From the NCBI GenBank assembly GCA_964016885.1, contig OZ024764.1:27218001-27282000 (forward strand): a stretch of DNA of 64,000 bases, read 5' to 3'. The DNA is from Eledone cirrhosa. Lineage: Eukaryota. Below are positions 48,137 to 63,300 of this stretch, piece after piece; the stretch's first letter is position 1; every line of letters begins with the position of its first letter. The notes beneath the pieces were generated by a model. The model did no database searches. It had not been told where the DNA came from and saw only the letters and a program-made list of their open reading frames with translations. Position numbers and translations under genes: made by a program.

Positions 48137-48989
48137 AGAGGTTTCCCAGTGCTCCTCGCGATACTGTTAACTTTTGATCTAGTAGCAGCTCGTTTGTCCA
48201 CCCCTTTCGCCTGCCTTTGGTTGTATGTCGTCCTAGATGTGTGTATTACCTGCTTGTGTGTTGTATGTGGTCCTAGATGTGTTATTACCTGCTTATGTGG
48301 TCCTAGATGTATGTATTACCTGCTGGTGTGTTGTATGTGGTCCCAGATGTGTGGATTACCTGTTTTTGTGTTGTATGTGGTCCCAAATGTGTGTGCTACC
48401 CGCTTCTGTGATTTGTTTCTTCTTCCTCTCTTCCGAGAAACAATCGTGTATTTTTTAAATCTATTCCATGCGTTAAGTAATTAGCAGCAACAACAAACTG
48501 ATTTTCAGTTGTAAAAAGAATCTTTAAACCTTCACCATTTACATTAACACATACCATACGTTGTCCCAGCCACAAATAAACAGTAAAAAAAACTTACTTT
48601 GCGGTTAAATTCGTCACAATTAAAAGAAAAATATTTCTAACACGTTTCTAGACAACACCAAGTTTACACCTTCAATATCCGGTAAAAGTAAAAACAAATT
48701 CTGGAGACATTTAACGAAACGAAACTATGTAAAGAAAAACGAAAATTAAACGAAGACAAATAGTAAATTTTAATTTTTATTAAATAAAATACCAGTAATT
48801 CACTGCAGTAGATTTAATCAACTTTACTCTCTCTGCACAAAAGAAGAAAAAAATTCCTGACTTAGTGCTTAATATATAGAGAGGGGGAGAGTTTGGTGTT
48901 TCTTCATATAGAGAGGTGTATTGGAAGAGAGTGCCGTGTAGTAGATATAGAGAGGGAGAGAGTTAGTGCTAATTGATATAAAGAGGGGG

Positions 48990-49919
48990 ATATTCAAATT
49001 ATCCCCTGTGGGGCGTGCACCCCACGTTGAGAATACCTCATAAATAAATATATGTGAGTGTGTTTCTATGACTGCTATTTCTAGCAGGTTTACTGCAGTC
49101 CTGTAGACGCACAACAAAAACCGGAAGTGGCAGCCATTAAAAAACTTTGGCTTAAAATCAGGCAAAAGTTTTTTAACAATTTGCCAAGAAAGATAACTCT
49201 TGTCTTACTTAATCGCAAAAATCGAGGCAAAAATTTTGCGGGTGTGCAGTTTGTTTGGTGTATTTGACTGCTATTTCTAGCATGTATGGACACTTTAGAA
49301 ATAGCAGCGAAAAACGGAAAACAGCAGAAAGAAGGACACACACCTATATATATATATATATATATACCAGCTATACACTCACCCATACATATATATATAT
49401 ATATACCAGCTATACACACACCCATATCTACGTATAGGTGTGTGTGCGCGCGTGTATGTATATATAAATATATATATTTAAATGTATATATCTGTGCATA
49501 TATATATGTATATATGTATATATATATATATATATACAGATACATAATTATATATATATATATACGTGTGTGACCTTCTTTCTTATGTTTCCCGTGTTTT
49601 GCTGCTATTTCTAAAGTGTCCATATATGCTAGAAATAGCAGTCAAATACACCAAACAAACTGCACACCCGCAACATTTTTGCCTCGATTTTTGCGATTAA
49701 GTAAGACAAGAGTTATCTTTCTTGGCAAATTGTAAAAAAACTTTTGCCTGATTTTAAGCCAAAGTTTTTTAATGGCTGCCACTTCCGGTTTTTGTTGTGC
49801 GTCTACAGGACTGCAGTAAACCTGCTAGAAATAGCAGTCATAGCAACACACTCACATATATTTATTTATGAGGGATTCTCAACGTGGGGTGCACGCCCCA
49901 CAGGGGATAATTTGAATAT
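48990..49919. repeat. Long palindrome 1, copy 2
   Basis: Copy of 21311-22240 (ORFs 48869- and 49744+). Confidence 0.93.
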
Positions 49920-51599
49920 AATAGGGGTCAATTTGAAAGTCATATAATACGACCCAACTCCCTGTTACACTTCGTATACACATGTTATCGTGTATCTGGC
50001 AGCACCTGCGAGAAGTTTGTTTACATTAATAAAAACGATGATTCGTTGTCTTCAGTAGTTCCAAACCTTTTTTGCTCCATGCCCCACCTCAACGTTTAAA
50101 AATTAGGTTTATGTTCCCCTTTAATATAGAAATAAACCGAGTCTTGTAAAAGTGTTACTACTGTAATATAAAGTAGAAATGCTTTAATTAAACAAAGCTA
50201 CGATGCCGCGATGATCAAAACAAACTTCAAAATATAAACAAACTTCTCGTAGCTGCTGCCAGATACACGATAACATGTGAACAAAGTGTAACTGGAAGTT
50301 TGGTCGTATTATATCACTTTCTAATTGGCCCCTATTAAATTCAAATTGCCCCCTGTGGGGCGTGTACCCTTCGTTGAGAATCCCTGATATATAAATATAC
50401 ATAAGTGTGTTGTTATGACTGCTATTTCTAGTAGGTTTCTGGCTGTCCTGTAGACGCACAACAAAAACCGGAAGTGGCAGCCATTAAAAAACTTCGGCTT
50501 AAAATCAGCCAAAAGATTTTCAATAATAGTAAAATTTTATTTTTGACAAGGACGATAACTTTTGTCTTACTTAATCGCAAAAATCGAGGCAAAAATTTTG
50601 CGGGTGTCCAGTTAACACGCTAAAATAAACCTGCTAGAAATAGCAGTCATAGCCACTCACATATATTTATATATCATATATATATATATATATATATATA
50701 TCAGCCAAACACACACACTTATATATGTACGTGTGTGTGTGTTGACCGCTATATATATATATAGCAGCCAAACACATACACAGACACACATATATATATA
50801 TATACATGTGTGTGTCCTCCTCTCGTCTATGGCTGTTATTTTTACATTGTCCTTTTTGTTATTTTTCTCGGGATTTGCCCGGATTCGAACATGCGACCAC
50901 CTATTTACAATATAGAATCTTTACAGCTTTACTGACTTTTAAGTAATCCAAGTTGTAACCCCGGATTTAGGGGTGTTTAATTTATTTTGAAGTATTTTAT
51001 TATTGGTCTTAGTTAGACGATCGTCCAAGACCATGCTGGGGCATATATATATATATGTATATATATGTGTGTGTGTGTGTGTATGCTGGGGCATATATAT
51101 ATAATTTGAGGTTTAAATACTTTATTTTTTACCAATAACATAGAGAAAGGCATGAACAACACCACATGTTAATTACTTTAATATTGAAAGTAGGCTTATA
51201 AATATTAAAAAAGCAGATTTTTGTATCTTTCATGGTGGTCTGGTGGGTGATACCAAAGATGGTGGTAGTCCTGGTTTCGGTTTCAATCCTGGTCATGGGT
51301 TACATATAAGGTCTCATTTTTTTTTTCTTTCTTTCAGTTTTCTTCTTATCTCTAGATATAAATATATATACATAAGGTAATTTGGTAGAATTGTTAGAAT
51401 ATCAGATAGAATTCTTTGCAGTATTTTTCCTGTTCTTTACTCTGAGTTCAACTTTACCTTTCTTCCATTCGGTGTCGATAAGTCTTGAATATGTCTAACG
51501 TAGCAATAACTGGAGCTACTTAACCAAGTTTTCCCAACCTAGTCGATGTCACCTACTGGTTGGCGATTTAAACTGTTGGCTGGGACAATGACCAACTAA

Positions 51600-51847
51600 T
51601 CAGTCAGATTCCAACTCACTATGTCTGGCATATATTTTATATTTTATATTTGAATGAAGTTCTGTAAGTAACCTGGTGGCTTAGATGGCAATACTGCTCG
51701 AATAGATGGCTTCTATTATGAAGTTATAAGTTCATTCCCTATCCAGCATTGTAGAATTAATTTTATTTAGTTATTATTTAATCAATTGTTTTAACAAACA
51801 AATTCTGTCTATAAAACGCCAAATATAGTGAGTTCAAATCTGACTGA
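51600..51847. mobile_element. MITE-like element, copy 2
   Basis: Copy of 25043-25290 with one extra TIR mismatch (gattccaact). Confidence 0.6.
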
Positions 51848-52293
51848 CATGCATGGTATATATTTATGTTTCATTATACAGCGACACAATACACAGGAAC
51901 TTATAAAGATATGTATATATTGTCCAGGAGTTTCGAGTTTAGTGGGAATTGGTACAACTCTCAATTGGAGCTAGTCCCTGCAAGACCAGCATAAATAATG
52001 TTATACCTTTTCATGAATTCTTGCACACCCGATATTTTATACATGATTATCTAAAGGTGAACAAAAACCAAAGAACATTGTGCAGCATTTCTCAACCTTT
52101 CTACCCATGTCGATCTCTTGAAATAGTTTTTATGTCTCAGGGAAGCCCTGCATAAAATATACTTTTTCTATCTCTAGAGCAGTGGTTCCCAAATCGTGTG
52201 CTGCGAGATGAAACAAGATGAGCTGCAAAAGACTAAGATTAAGTTTTATGATGTGAAAAATATAAAACTGAAATTTCATATAAAAGTTCAAAT

Positions 52294-52532
52294 ATAGCTA
52301 CAGCCACAAACCTAGGCTCCACACCCCGCAATGCAGAGGATAGTAAGATAGTAAGTACCAAGGCCTGACTCACCTCTTCCACTCCATTGAGACCTCTGCC
52401 ATACTTGGTCCCTGTACTGCTGATTTCCTCCATAAAGTCGGGAGGAAAGATGACAGGAGCCTCATGAGGAGGGGCGACTATTGTGGCAGGTGTCTCTGGC
52501 CTTGCTCCGAGGTAACGCTTTTACGTTTCTTC
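52294..52532 (+). pseudogene. Second CRE-like fragment, copy 2
   Basis: Copy of 25737-25975. Confidence 0.65.
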
Positions 52533-52736
52533 CACAGGTTGCGGCTGAGCGACCACTTAGACTGGGGTGAAGTGTCTGTCCCTCCCCCGACTTCTTACTT
52601 CTTTTTTTTTCTCCTTTTCATTTTCTTTTCTCTTCTTGCTTATCTCTGCTATACCACGGCATCAAAAACATATATGATATATGTATGTATGGTATAGGTG
52701 TATTTATATTTAGGATAGTTATCAAAGGTAAATAGA

Positions 52737-53627
52737 CTGGTTGGAGCAATAACAGTCTTGTTTATGTATATACATATATATATATATTTACATGTTTGTT
52801 CTTGTATTTCCATAGAAAAGGTAAAGAAAAGAAGAGTGCTCTATGTATTGTACAGAGCTATTTAATTACATAATAAACAACAGAATGGAAAACATTCAGA
52901 CAGAGAAGAATGGATAATGAGCGTTGTAAGAGAAATTGGCCAACAATTAATATTAATGGAAATGTAGAAGAATTTCATATTAGTGATATGAATGTTTCGT
53001 GTGATCACTGTGGAGCTTTGAAATTTAGAAATGAAAATTGTAACTGTTGTAATAAAGGAAAGGTTGTGTTGCCACCATTGCAAATATACCCTGAGAGACT
53101 GAGAAATCTCTTTGAAAGAGGCCAGGAAGCAGTTGATTTCACAGAAACATCTGCAATTAAAACTACATTTATTTCACTTCATTTGGTGTTACCACCCGGC
53201 AGAGGCCCGTATAGCTTTCATATTCAGGGTCAAACATATCACTACACCCCCATCTCTGTAACCTGCAGAAAATACACCACAATATGACCAGTTATATATT
53301 ATTGATGGGAACGAAGGTGTGTAGCACAGATTGGAAGTACAACCAAATAATTGTTTCTGGCACAAGGCCAGCAATTACTGGTACTTTATTCTATCGACCT
53401 CATAAGGATGAAAACAAAGTCAACCTTGGAGGGATTTGAACCCAGAACGTAAATGGCCATAACCCTATGCTGTAAAGCATGGTGTCTGGCGCTCTACCGA
53501 TACTGCCAATCCACTGCCCTAGTACCAACAAATAATGACTGCTCACCATAAAAAATGGCTATGATAAGAGAAGTGTTGCATGAACGTAATTCATATGTCG
53601 AAGTGTACAATACAATGCATGGCATCA
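52737..53627 (+). mobile_element. Partial Helitron duplicate with SINE (53352-53520), copy 2
   Basis: Copy of 26180-27070; ORF 52910-53287. Confidence 0.92.
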
Positions 53628-54206
53628 CAAATGAATATATATATATATATATATATATACTACTAAAGTGTATGTAAAATTTTAAAATAAATACTTAAAT
53701 TCAATTTGTATAATTACACATACAATATGTTTTGTTGTAAAACCCTAAATAATGATTTAAGAAATGATGTCAATCTCTTTGTACAGAGAAAAACAATTTA
53801 TATATATGCATTGTGTGCGCGTGTATACTCCATTTAAGACATTGAAAAACCTAGTACCTCCTTCAAAGAATGCCAAATAGTTTATGCCTAAGGTGTAACA
53901 CTAATTAAGTTACCGGTGTAGATATTTCAGTTGAACCCTGCTTCAAACATGCATATTATTATTATATATTTTCAAACACACTTACATACATTATATTTAT
54001 ACACATAGAAATAATAAGTTAAAACTAAAGTATAATGATATAACAACAGTATATAATAGTTTTCTTCACTTTATTGAAATGCAATCGTTTTAAAGAAAAA
54101 ACATGACAGTATAAGAAATATTTAATATGATAACATAATATTTCAGGTAGGATGGTGGTTTCTCTATGATGGTGGTTTCTCTTTGAACTAATAATTGTTT
54201 GTATTT

Positions 54207-54337
54207 TAGGCACAAGGTCAGTAATTAACCAGTACATTACTAGTACTTTATTTTATCGACCCCGTAAGGATGAAAGGCAAAGTTGATCTCGGATCGTAAA
54301 GGGACGTAACTATGCTGGAAAGCATGGCGTCAGACCC
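54207..54337 (-). mobile_element. Satellite-truncated SINE, copy 2
   Basis: Copy of 27650-27780 with the same junction. Confidence 0.75.
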
Positions 54338-57300
54338 GAGAGACAGAGAGAGCGAGATGACACGAGACAGAGAGCGAGATGAAATGAGAGAGAGAGAGAG
54401 AGAGATGAAACGAGAGAGAGAGTGCGAGATGAAACGAGAGTGAGAGAGCGAGATGAAACGAGAGAGTGAGAGCGAGATGAAATGAGAGAGAGAGAGAACG
54501 AGATGAAATGAGAGAGAGAGAGAGCGAGATGAAATGAGACATAGAGAGATGAAACGAGAGAGAGATGAAACGAGAAAGAGAGGAAACGAGAGAGAGGAAA
54601 CGTGAGTAGAGAGCGAGATGAAACAGGAGAGAGAGAGCGAGATGAAAGGAGAGGGAGAGAGAGATGAAACGAGAGAGCGAGAGAGAGATAGAGGGAAATG
54701 AAACGACAGAGAGAGAGACAGATGAAACGAGGGATATAGAGATGAAACGAGAGAGAGAGATGAAACGAGAGAGAGGAAGAGAGAGATAGAACGAGAGAGA
54801 GGAAGAGAGAGATGAAACGAGAGAGAAGAAGACAGAGGTGAAACGAGAGAGAGAGAGAGCGAGATGAAACGAGAGAGAGAGCGAGATGAAACGAGAGAGA
54901 GGAAGAGAGAGAGCGAGAGATGAAACTCTGTCATGGACATATCTGACCCTGGGGCTAATAATTGTCATGTAATGTTATGGACATCTCTGCCCCTGTGGCT
55001 AATAATTCTGTCATGTAATGTTATGGACATCTCTGCCCCTGTGGCTAATAATTCTGTCATGTAATGTTATGGAAATCTCTGCCCCTGTGGCTAATAATTC
55101 TGACATGTAATGTTATGGAATCTCTGCCCCTGTGGCTAATAAATCTGTCATTTAATGTTACGGACATCTCTGCCACTGTGGCTAATAAATGTCATGTAAT
55201 GTTATGGACATCTCTGCCCCTGTGGCTAATAATTCTGACATGTAATGTTATGGACATCTCTGCCCCTGTAGCTAATAATTCTGACATGTAATGTTATGGA
55301 CATCTCTGCCCCTGTGGCTAATAAATTCGTCATGTAATGTTATGGACATCTCTGCCCCTGTGGCTAATAAATCTGTCATGTAATGTTATGGACATCTCTG
55401 CCCCTGTGGCTAATAATTCTGACATGTAATGTTATGGACATCTCTGCCCCTGTGGCTAATAATTCTGACATGTAATGTTATGGACATCTCTGCCCCTGTG
55501 GCTAATAATTCTGAGAGAGATGAAACAAGTGAGGGATTAGAGAGAGATGAAACAAGTGAGGGATTAGAGTGTTGAAACAAGAGAGAGAGAGGAAGAGAGA
55601 GTGAGAGCGAGATGAAACGAGAGAGAGAGAGAGAGCGAGATGAAATGAGAGAGAGAGAGCGAGATGAAATGAGAGAGAGAGAGCGAGATGAAACGAGACA
55701 GAGAGAGCGGGATGAAACGTGACAGAGAGAGCAAGAGCGAGATGAAACGAGACAGAGAGAGCGAGATGAAACGAGAGAGAGAGAGAGCGAGATGAAATGA
55801 GAGAGAGAGAGCGAGATGAAATGAGAGAGAGAGAGCGAGATGAAACGAGAGAGTGAGAGCGAGATGGAACGAGACAGAGAGAGCGAGATGAAACGAGAGT
55901 AGGAGAGCTAGATGAAACGAGAGAGAGAGGAAACGAGAGATACGAAACGAGAGAGAGGAAACGAGAGTAGAGAGCGAGATGAAACAGGAGAGAGAGAGCG
56001 AGATGAAACAGGAGAGAGAAAGCGAGATGAAACGAGAGGGAGAGAGAGATGAAACGAGAGAGCGAGAGAGAGATAGAGGGAGATGAAACGACAGAGAGAG
56101 AGACAGATGAAACGAGGGAGATAGAGATGAAACGAGAGAGAGAGATGAAACGAGAGAGAGGAAGAGAGAGATGGAACGAGAGAGAGGAAGAGAGAGATGG
56201 AACGAGAGAGAGGAAGACAGAGATGAAACGAGAGAGAGAGAGAGCAAGATGAAACGAGAGAGAGGAAGAGAGAGATGGAATGAGAGAGAGGAAGAGAGAG
56301 ATGGAACGAGCGAGAGAAAGACAGAGATGAAACGAGACAGAGAGAGATCGAGATGAAACGAGAGAGAGGAAGAGAGAGAGCGCAAGATGAAACGAGAGAG
56401 AGAGAGAGAGCGAGATGAAACGAGAGAGAGGAAGAGAGAGAGCGCGAGATGAAACGAGAGAGAGGAAGAGAGAGAGCGCGAGATGAAGTGAGAGAGAGAG
56501 AGCGAGATGAAATGAGAGATTGAGAGTGAGATGAAACGAGAGAGTGAGAGAGAGCGAGATGAAATGAGAGAGAGAGAGCGAGATGAAATGAGAGAGAGAG
56601 AGCGAGATGAAATGAGAGAGAGAGAGCGAGATGAAACGAGACAGAGAGAGCGGGATGAAACGAGACAGAGAGATCGAGATGAAATGAGAGAGAGAGAGCG
56701 AGATGAAATGAGAGAGAGAGAGCGAGATGAAACGAGAGAGTGAGAGCGAGATGGAACGAGTCAGAGAGAGCGAGATGATACGAGAGAGAGAGGAAACGAG
56801 AGAGAGAGGAAACTAGAGAGAGGAAACAAGAGAGAGGAAACGAGAGTAGAGAGCAAGATGAAACAGGAGAGAGAGAGAGCGAGATGAAACCGGAGAGAGA
56901 GAGCGAGATGAAACGAGAGGGAGGGAGAGATGAAACGAGAGAGCGAGAGAGAGATAGAGGGAGATGAAACGAGAGAGTGATAGCTAGATGAAACGAGAGA
57001 GAGAGGAATAGAGAGATGGAACGAGAGAGAGGAAGACAGATATGAAACGAGAGAGAGAGAGAGCGAGATGAAACGAGAGAGAGGAAGAGAGAGAGCGCGA
57101 GATGAAACGAGAGAGAGAGAGCGAGATGAAACGAGAGAGAGAGAGCGAGATGAAACGAGAGAGAGAGAGCGAGATGAAACGAGAGAGAGGAAGAGAGAGA
57201 GCGCGAGATGAAAGTCTGTCATGTAATGTTATGGACATATCTGCCCTTGGGGCTAATAATTGTCATGTAATGTTATGGACATATCTACCCTTGGGGCTAA

Positions 57301-60300
57301 TAATTGTCATGTAATGTTATGTACATCTCTGCCCCTGTGGCAAATAATTCTGTCATGTAATGTTATGGACATCTCTGTCCCTGTGGCTAATAATTATGTC
57401 ATGTAATGTTATGGACATCTCTGCCCCTGTGGCTAATAATTCTGTCATGTAATGTTATGGACATCTCTGCCCCTGTGGCTAATAAATTTGTCATGTAATG
57501 TTATGGACATCTCTGCCCCTGTGGCTAATAAATCTGTCATGTAATGTTATGGACATCTCTGCCCCTGTGGCTAATAATTCTGACATGTAATGTTATGGAT
57601 ATCTCTGCCCCTGTGGCTAATAATTCTGAGAGAGATGAACCAAGTGAGGGATAAGAGAGAGATGAAACAAGTGAGGGATTAGAGTGTTGAAACAAGAGAG
57701 AGAGAGGAAGAGAGAGTGAGAGCGAGATCAAACGAGAGAGAGAGAGAGAGAGCGAGATGAAATGAGAGAGAGAGAGCGAGATGAAATGAGAGAGAGAGAG
57801 CGAGATGAAACGAGACAGAGAGAGCGGGATGAAACGTGACAGAGAGAGCAAGAGCGAGATGAAACGAGACAGAGAGAGCGAGATGAAACGAGAGAGAGAG
57901 AGCGAGATGAAATGAGAGAGAGAGAGCGAGATGAAATGAGAGAGAGAGAGCGAGATGAAACGAGAGAGTGAGAGCGAGATGGAACGAGACAGAGAGAGCG
58001 AGATGAAACGAGAGTAGGAGAGCTAGATGAAACGAGAGAGAGAGGAAACGAGAGATACGAAACGAGAGAGAGGAAACGAGAGTAGAGAGCGAGATGAAAC
58101 AGGAGAGAGAGAGCGAGATGAAACAGGAGAGAGAAAGCGAGATGAAACGAGAGGGAGAGAGAGATGAAACGAGAGAGCGAGAGAGAGATAGAGGGAGATG
58201 AAACGACAGAGAGAGAGACAGATGAAACGAGGGAGATAGAGATGAAACGAGAGAGAGAGATGAAACGAGAGAGAGGAAGAGAGAGATGGAACGAGAGAGA
58301 GGAAGAGAGAGATGGAACGAGAGAGAGGAAGACAGAGATGAAACGAGAGAGAGAGAGAGCAAGATGAAACGAGAGAGAGGAAGAGAGAGATGGAACGAGA
58401 GAGAGGAAGAGAGAGATGGAACGAGCGAGAGGAGGACAGAGATGAAACGAGACAGAGAGAGATCGAGATGAAACGAGAGAGAGGAAGAGAGAGAGCGCAA
58501 GATGAAACGAGAGAGAGAGAGAGAGCGAGATGAAACGAGAGAGAGGAAGAGAGAGAGCGCGAGATGAAACGAGAGAGAGGAAGAGAGAGAGCGCGAGATG
58601 AAGTGAGAGAGAGAGAGCGAGATGAAATGAGAGATTGAGAGTGAGATGAAACGAGAGAGTGAGAGAGAGCGAGATGAAATGAGAGAGAGAGAGCGAGATG
58701 AAATGAGAGAGAGAGAGCGAGATGAAATGAGAGAGAGAGAGCGAGATGAAACGAGACAGAGAGAGCGGGATGAAACGAGACAGAGAGATCGAGATGAAAT
58801 GAGAGAGAGAGAGCGAGATGAAATGAGAGAGAGAGAGCGAGATGAAACGAGAGAGTGAGAGCGAGATGGAACGAGTCAGAGAGAGCGAGATGAAACGAGA
58901 GAGTGAGAGCTAGATGAAACGAGAGAGAGAGGAAACGAGAGATAGAGGAAACTAGAGAGAGGAAACAAGAGAGAGGAAACGAGAGTAGAGAGCAAGATGA
59001 AACAGGAGAGAGAGAGAGCGAGATGAAACCGGAGAGAGAGAGCGAGATGAAACGAGAGGGAGGGAGAGATGAAACGAGAGAGCGAGAGAGAGATAGAGGG
59101 AGATGAAACGAGAGAGTGATAGCTAGATGAAACGAGAGAGAGAGGAATAGAGAGATGGAACGAGAGAGAGGAAGACAGATATGAAACGAGAGAGAGAGAG
59201 AGCGAGATTAAACGAGAGAGAGGAAGAGAGAGAGCGCGAGATGAAACGAGAGAGAGAGAGCGAGATGAAACGAGAGAGAGAGAGCGAGATGAAACGAGAG
59301 AGAGAGAGCGAGATGAAACGAGAGAGAGGAAGAGAGAGAGCGCGAGATGAAAGTCTGTCATGTAATGTTATGGACATATCTGCCCTTGGGGCTAATAATT
59401 GTCATGTAATGTTATGGACATATCTACCCTTGGGGCTAATAATTGTCATGTAATGTTATGTACATCTCTGCCCCTGTGGCAAATAATTCTGTCATGTAAT
59501 GTTATGGACATCTCTGTCCCTGTGGCTAATAATTATGTCATGTAATGTTATGGACATCTCTGCCCCTGTGGCTAATAATTCTGTCATGTAATGTTATGGA
59601 CATCTCTGCCCCTGTGGCTAATAAATTTGTCATGTAATGTTATGGACATCTCTGCCCCTGTGGCTAATAAATCTGTCATGTAATGTTATGGACATCTCTG
59701 CCCCTGTGGCTAATAATTCTGACATGTAATGTTATGGATATCTCTGCCCCTGTGGCTAATAATTCTGAGAGAGATGAAACAAGTGAGGGATAAGAGAGAG
59801 ATGAAACAAGTGAGGGATTAGAGTGTTGAAACAAGAGAGAGAGAGGAAGAGAGAGTGAGAGCGAGATCAAACGAGAGAGAGAGAGCGAGATGAAATGAGA
59901 GAGTGAGAGCGAGATGAAACGAGAGAGAGAGAGCGAGATGAAATGAGAGAGAGAGAGCGAGATGAAATGAGAGAGAGAGAGCGAGATGAAACGAGACAGA
60001 GAGAGCGAGGTGAAACGAGAGAGAGAGAGAGCGAAATGAAACGAGACAGATTAGAGCGAGATGAAACGAGAGAGAGAGAGCGAGATGAAATGAGAGAGAG
60101 AGAGCGAGATGAAACGAGAGAGTGAGAGCTAGAGGAAACGATAGAGAGAGGAAACGAGAGAGAGAGGAAACGAGAGAGAGGATACGAGAGAGAGGAAACG
60201 AGAGTAGAGAGCGAGATTAAACAGGAGAGAGAGAGCGAGATGAAACAGGAGAGAGAGAGCGAGATGAAACGAGAGGGAGAGAGAGATGAAACGAGAGAGC

Positions 60301-63300
60301 GAGAGAGAGATAGAGGGAGATGAAACGACAGAGAGAGAGACAGATGAAACAAGTGAGGGATAAGAGAGAGATGAAACAAGTGAGGGATTAGAGTGTTGAA
60401 ACAAGAGAGAGAGAGGAAGAGAGAGTGAGAGCGAGATCAAACGAGAGAGAGAGAGCGAGATGAAATGAGAGAGTGAGAGCGAGATGAAACGAGAGAGAGA
60501 GAGCGAGATGAAATGAGAGAGCGAGAGCGAGATGAAACGAGACAGAGAGAGCGAGATGAAACGAGAGAGAGAGAGAGCGAAATGAAACGAGACAGATTAG
60601 AGCGAGATGAAACGAGAGAGAGAGAGCGAGATGAAATGAGAGAGAGAGAGCTAGAGGAAACGAGAGAGAGAGGAAACGAGAGTAGAGAGCGAGATGAAAC
60701 AGGAGAGAGAGAGCGAGATGAAACAGGAGAGAGAGAGCGAGATGAAACAGGAGAGAGAGAGCGAGATGAAACAGGAGAGAGAGAGCGAGATGAAACGAGA
60801 GGGAGAGAGAGATGAAACGAGAGAGCGAGAGAGAGATAGAGGGAGATGAAACGACAGAGAGAGAGACAGATGAAACGAGGGAGATAGAGATGAAACGAGA
60901 GAGAGAGATGAAACGAGAGAGAGGAAGAGAGAGATGGAACGAGAGAGAGGAAGAGAGAGATGGAACGAGAGAGAGGAAGACAGAGATGAAACGAGAGAGA
61001 GAGAGAGCGAGATGAAACGAGAGAGAGGAAGAGAGAGAACGCGAGATGAAACGAGAGAGAGAGAGAGCAAGATGAAACGAGAGAGAGGAAGAGAGAGAGT
61101 GCAAGATGAAACGAGAGAGAGAGAGCGCGAGATGAAAGTCTGTCATGTAATGTTATGGACACATCTGCCCTTGGGGCTAATAATTGTCATGTAATGTTAT
61201 GGAAATCTCTGCCCCTGTGGCTAATAAATCTGTCATGTAATGTTATGGACATCTCTGCCCCTGTGGCTAATAATTCTGACATGTAATGTTATGGACATCT
61301 CTGCCCCTGTGGCTAATAAATATGACATGTAATGTTATGGACATCTCTGCCCCTGTGGCTAATAATTCTGTCATGTAATGTTATGGACATCTCTGCCCCT
61401 GTGGCTAATAATTCTGTCATGTAATGTTATGGACATCTCTGCCCCTGTGGCTAATAAATCTGTCATGTAATGTTATGGACATCTCTGCCCCTGTGGCTAA
61501 TAATTCTGACATGTAATGTTATGGACATCTCTGCCCCTGTGGCTAATAAATATGACATGTAATGTTATGGACATCTCTGCCCCTGTGGCTAATAAATCTG
61601 TCATGTAATGTTATGGACATCTCTGCCCCTGTGGCTAATAATTCTGACATGTAATGTTATGGACATCTCTGCCCCTGTGGCTAATAATTCTGAGATAGAT
61701 GAAACAAGTGAGGGATTAGATAGAGATGAAACAAGTGAGGGATTAGAGTGTTGAAACAAGAGAGAGAGAGGAAGAGAGAGTGAAAGCGAAATCAAACGAG
61801 AGAGAGCGAGATGAAATGAGAGAGTGAGAGCGAGATGAAACGAGAGAGAGAGAGAGAGAGCGAGATGAAATGAGAGAGAGAGAGCGAGATGAAATGAGAG
61901 AGAGAGAGCGGGATGAAACGAGACAGAGAGAGCGAGAGCGAGATGAAACGAGACAGAGAGAGCGAGATGAAACGAGAGAGAGAGAGCGAGATGAAATGAG
62001 AGAGAGAGAGCGAGATGAAATGAGAGAGAGAGAGCGAGATGAAACGAGAGAGTGAGAGCGAGATGGAACGAGACAGAGAGAGCGAGATGAAACGAGAGTG
62101 GGAGAGCTAGATGAAACGAGAGAGAGAGGAAACGAGAGAGACGAAACGAGAGAGAGGAAACGAGAGTAGAGAGCGAGATGAAACAGGAGAGAGAGAGCGA
62201 GATGAAACAGGAGAGAGAGAGCGAGATGAAACGAGAGGGAGAGAGAGATGAAACGAGAGAGCGAGAGAGAGATAGAGGGAGATGAAACGACAGAGAGAGA
62301 TACAGATGAAACGAGAGAGATAGAGATGAAACGAGAGAGAGAGATGAAACGAGAGAGAGGAAGAGAGAGATGGAACGAGAGAGAGGAAGAGAGAGATGGA
62401 ACGAGAGAGAGGAAGACAGAGATGAAACGAGAGAGAGAGAGAGCAAGATGAAACGAGAGAGAGAGATGTAACGAGAGAGAGGAAGAGAGAGATGGAACGA
62501 GAGAGAGGAAGAGAGAGATGGAACGAGCGAGAGGAAGAGAGAGAGCGCAAGATGAAACGAGAGAGAGAGAGAGAGCGAGATGAAACGAGAGAGAGGAAGA
62601 GAGAGAGCGCGAGATGAAACGAGAGAGAGGAAGAGAGAGAGCGCGAGATGAAATGAGAGAGAGAGAGCGAGATGAAATGAGAGATTGAGAGTGAGATGAA
62701 ACGAGAGAGTGAGAGAGAGCGAGATGAAATGAGAGAGAGAGAGCGAGATGAAATGAGAGAGAGAGAGCGAGATGAAACGAGACAGAGAGAGCGGGATGAA
62801 ACGAGACAGAGAGATCGAGATGAAATGAGAGAGAGAGAGCGAGATGAAATGAGAGAGAGAGAGCGAGATGAAACGAGAGAGTGAGAGCGAGATGGAACGA
62901 GTGAGAGAGAGCGAGATGAAACGAGAGAGTGAGAGCTAGATGAAACGAGAGAGAGAGGAAACGAGAGAGAGAGGAAACGAGAGAGAGGAAACGAGAGAGA
63001 GGAAACGAGAGTAGAGAGCAAGATGAAACAGGAGAGAGAGAGAGCGAGATGAAACCGGAGAGAGAGAGCGAGATGAAACGAGTGGGAGGGAGAGATAAAA
63101 CGAGAGAGCGAGAGAGAGATAGAGGAAGATGAAACGAGAGAGTGATAGCTAGACGAAACGAGAGAGAGAGGAATAGAGAGATGGAACGAGAGAGAGGAAG
63201 ACAGATATGAAACGAGAGAGAGAGAGCGAGATGAAACGAGAGAGAGGAAGAGAGAGAGCGCGAGATGAAACGAGAGAGAGAGCGAGATGAAACGAGAGAG

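Larger units (their letters stand above)
44028..54337. repeat. Non-satellite core of macro-unit 2 (carries a 1122-bp deletion)
   Basis: Collinear with 16351-27780. The offset drops from 27679 to 26557 at 51103/51104. Confidence 0.97.
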
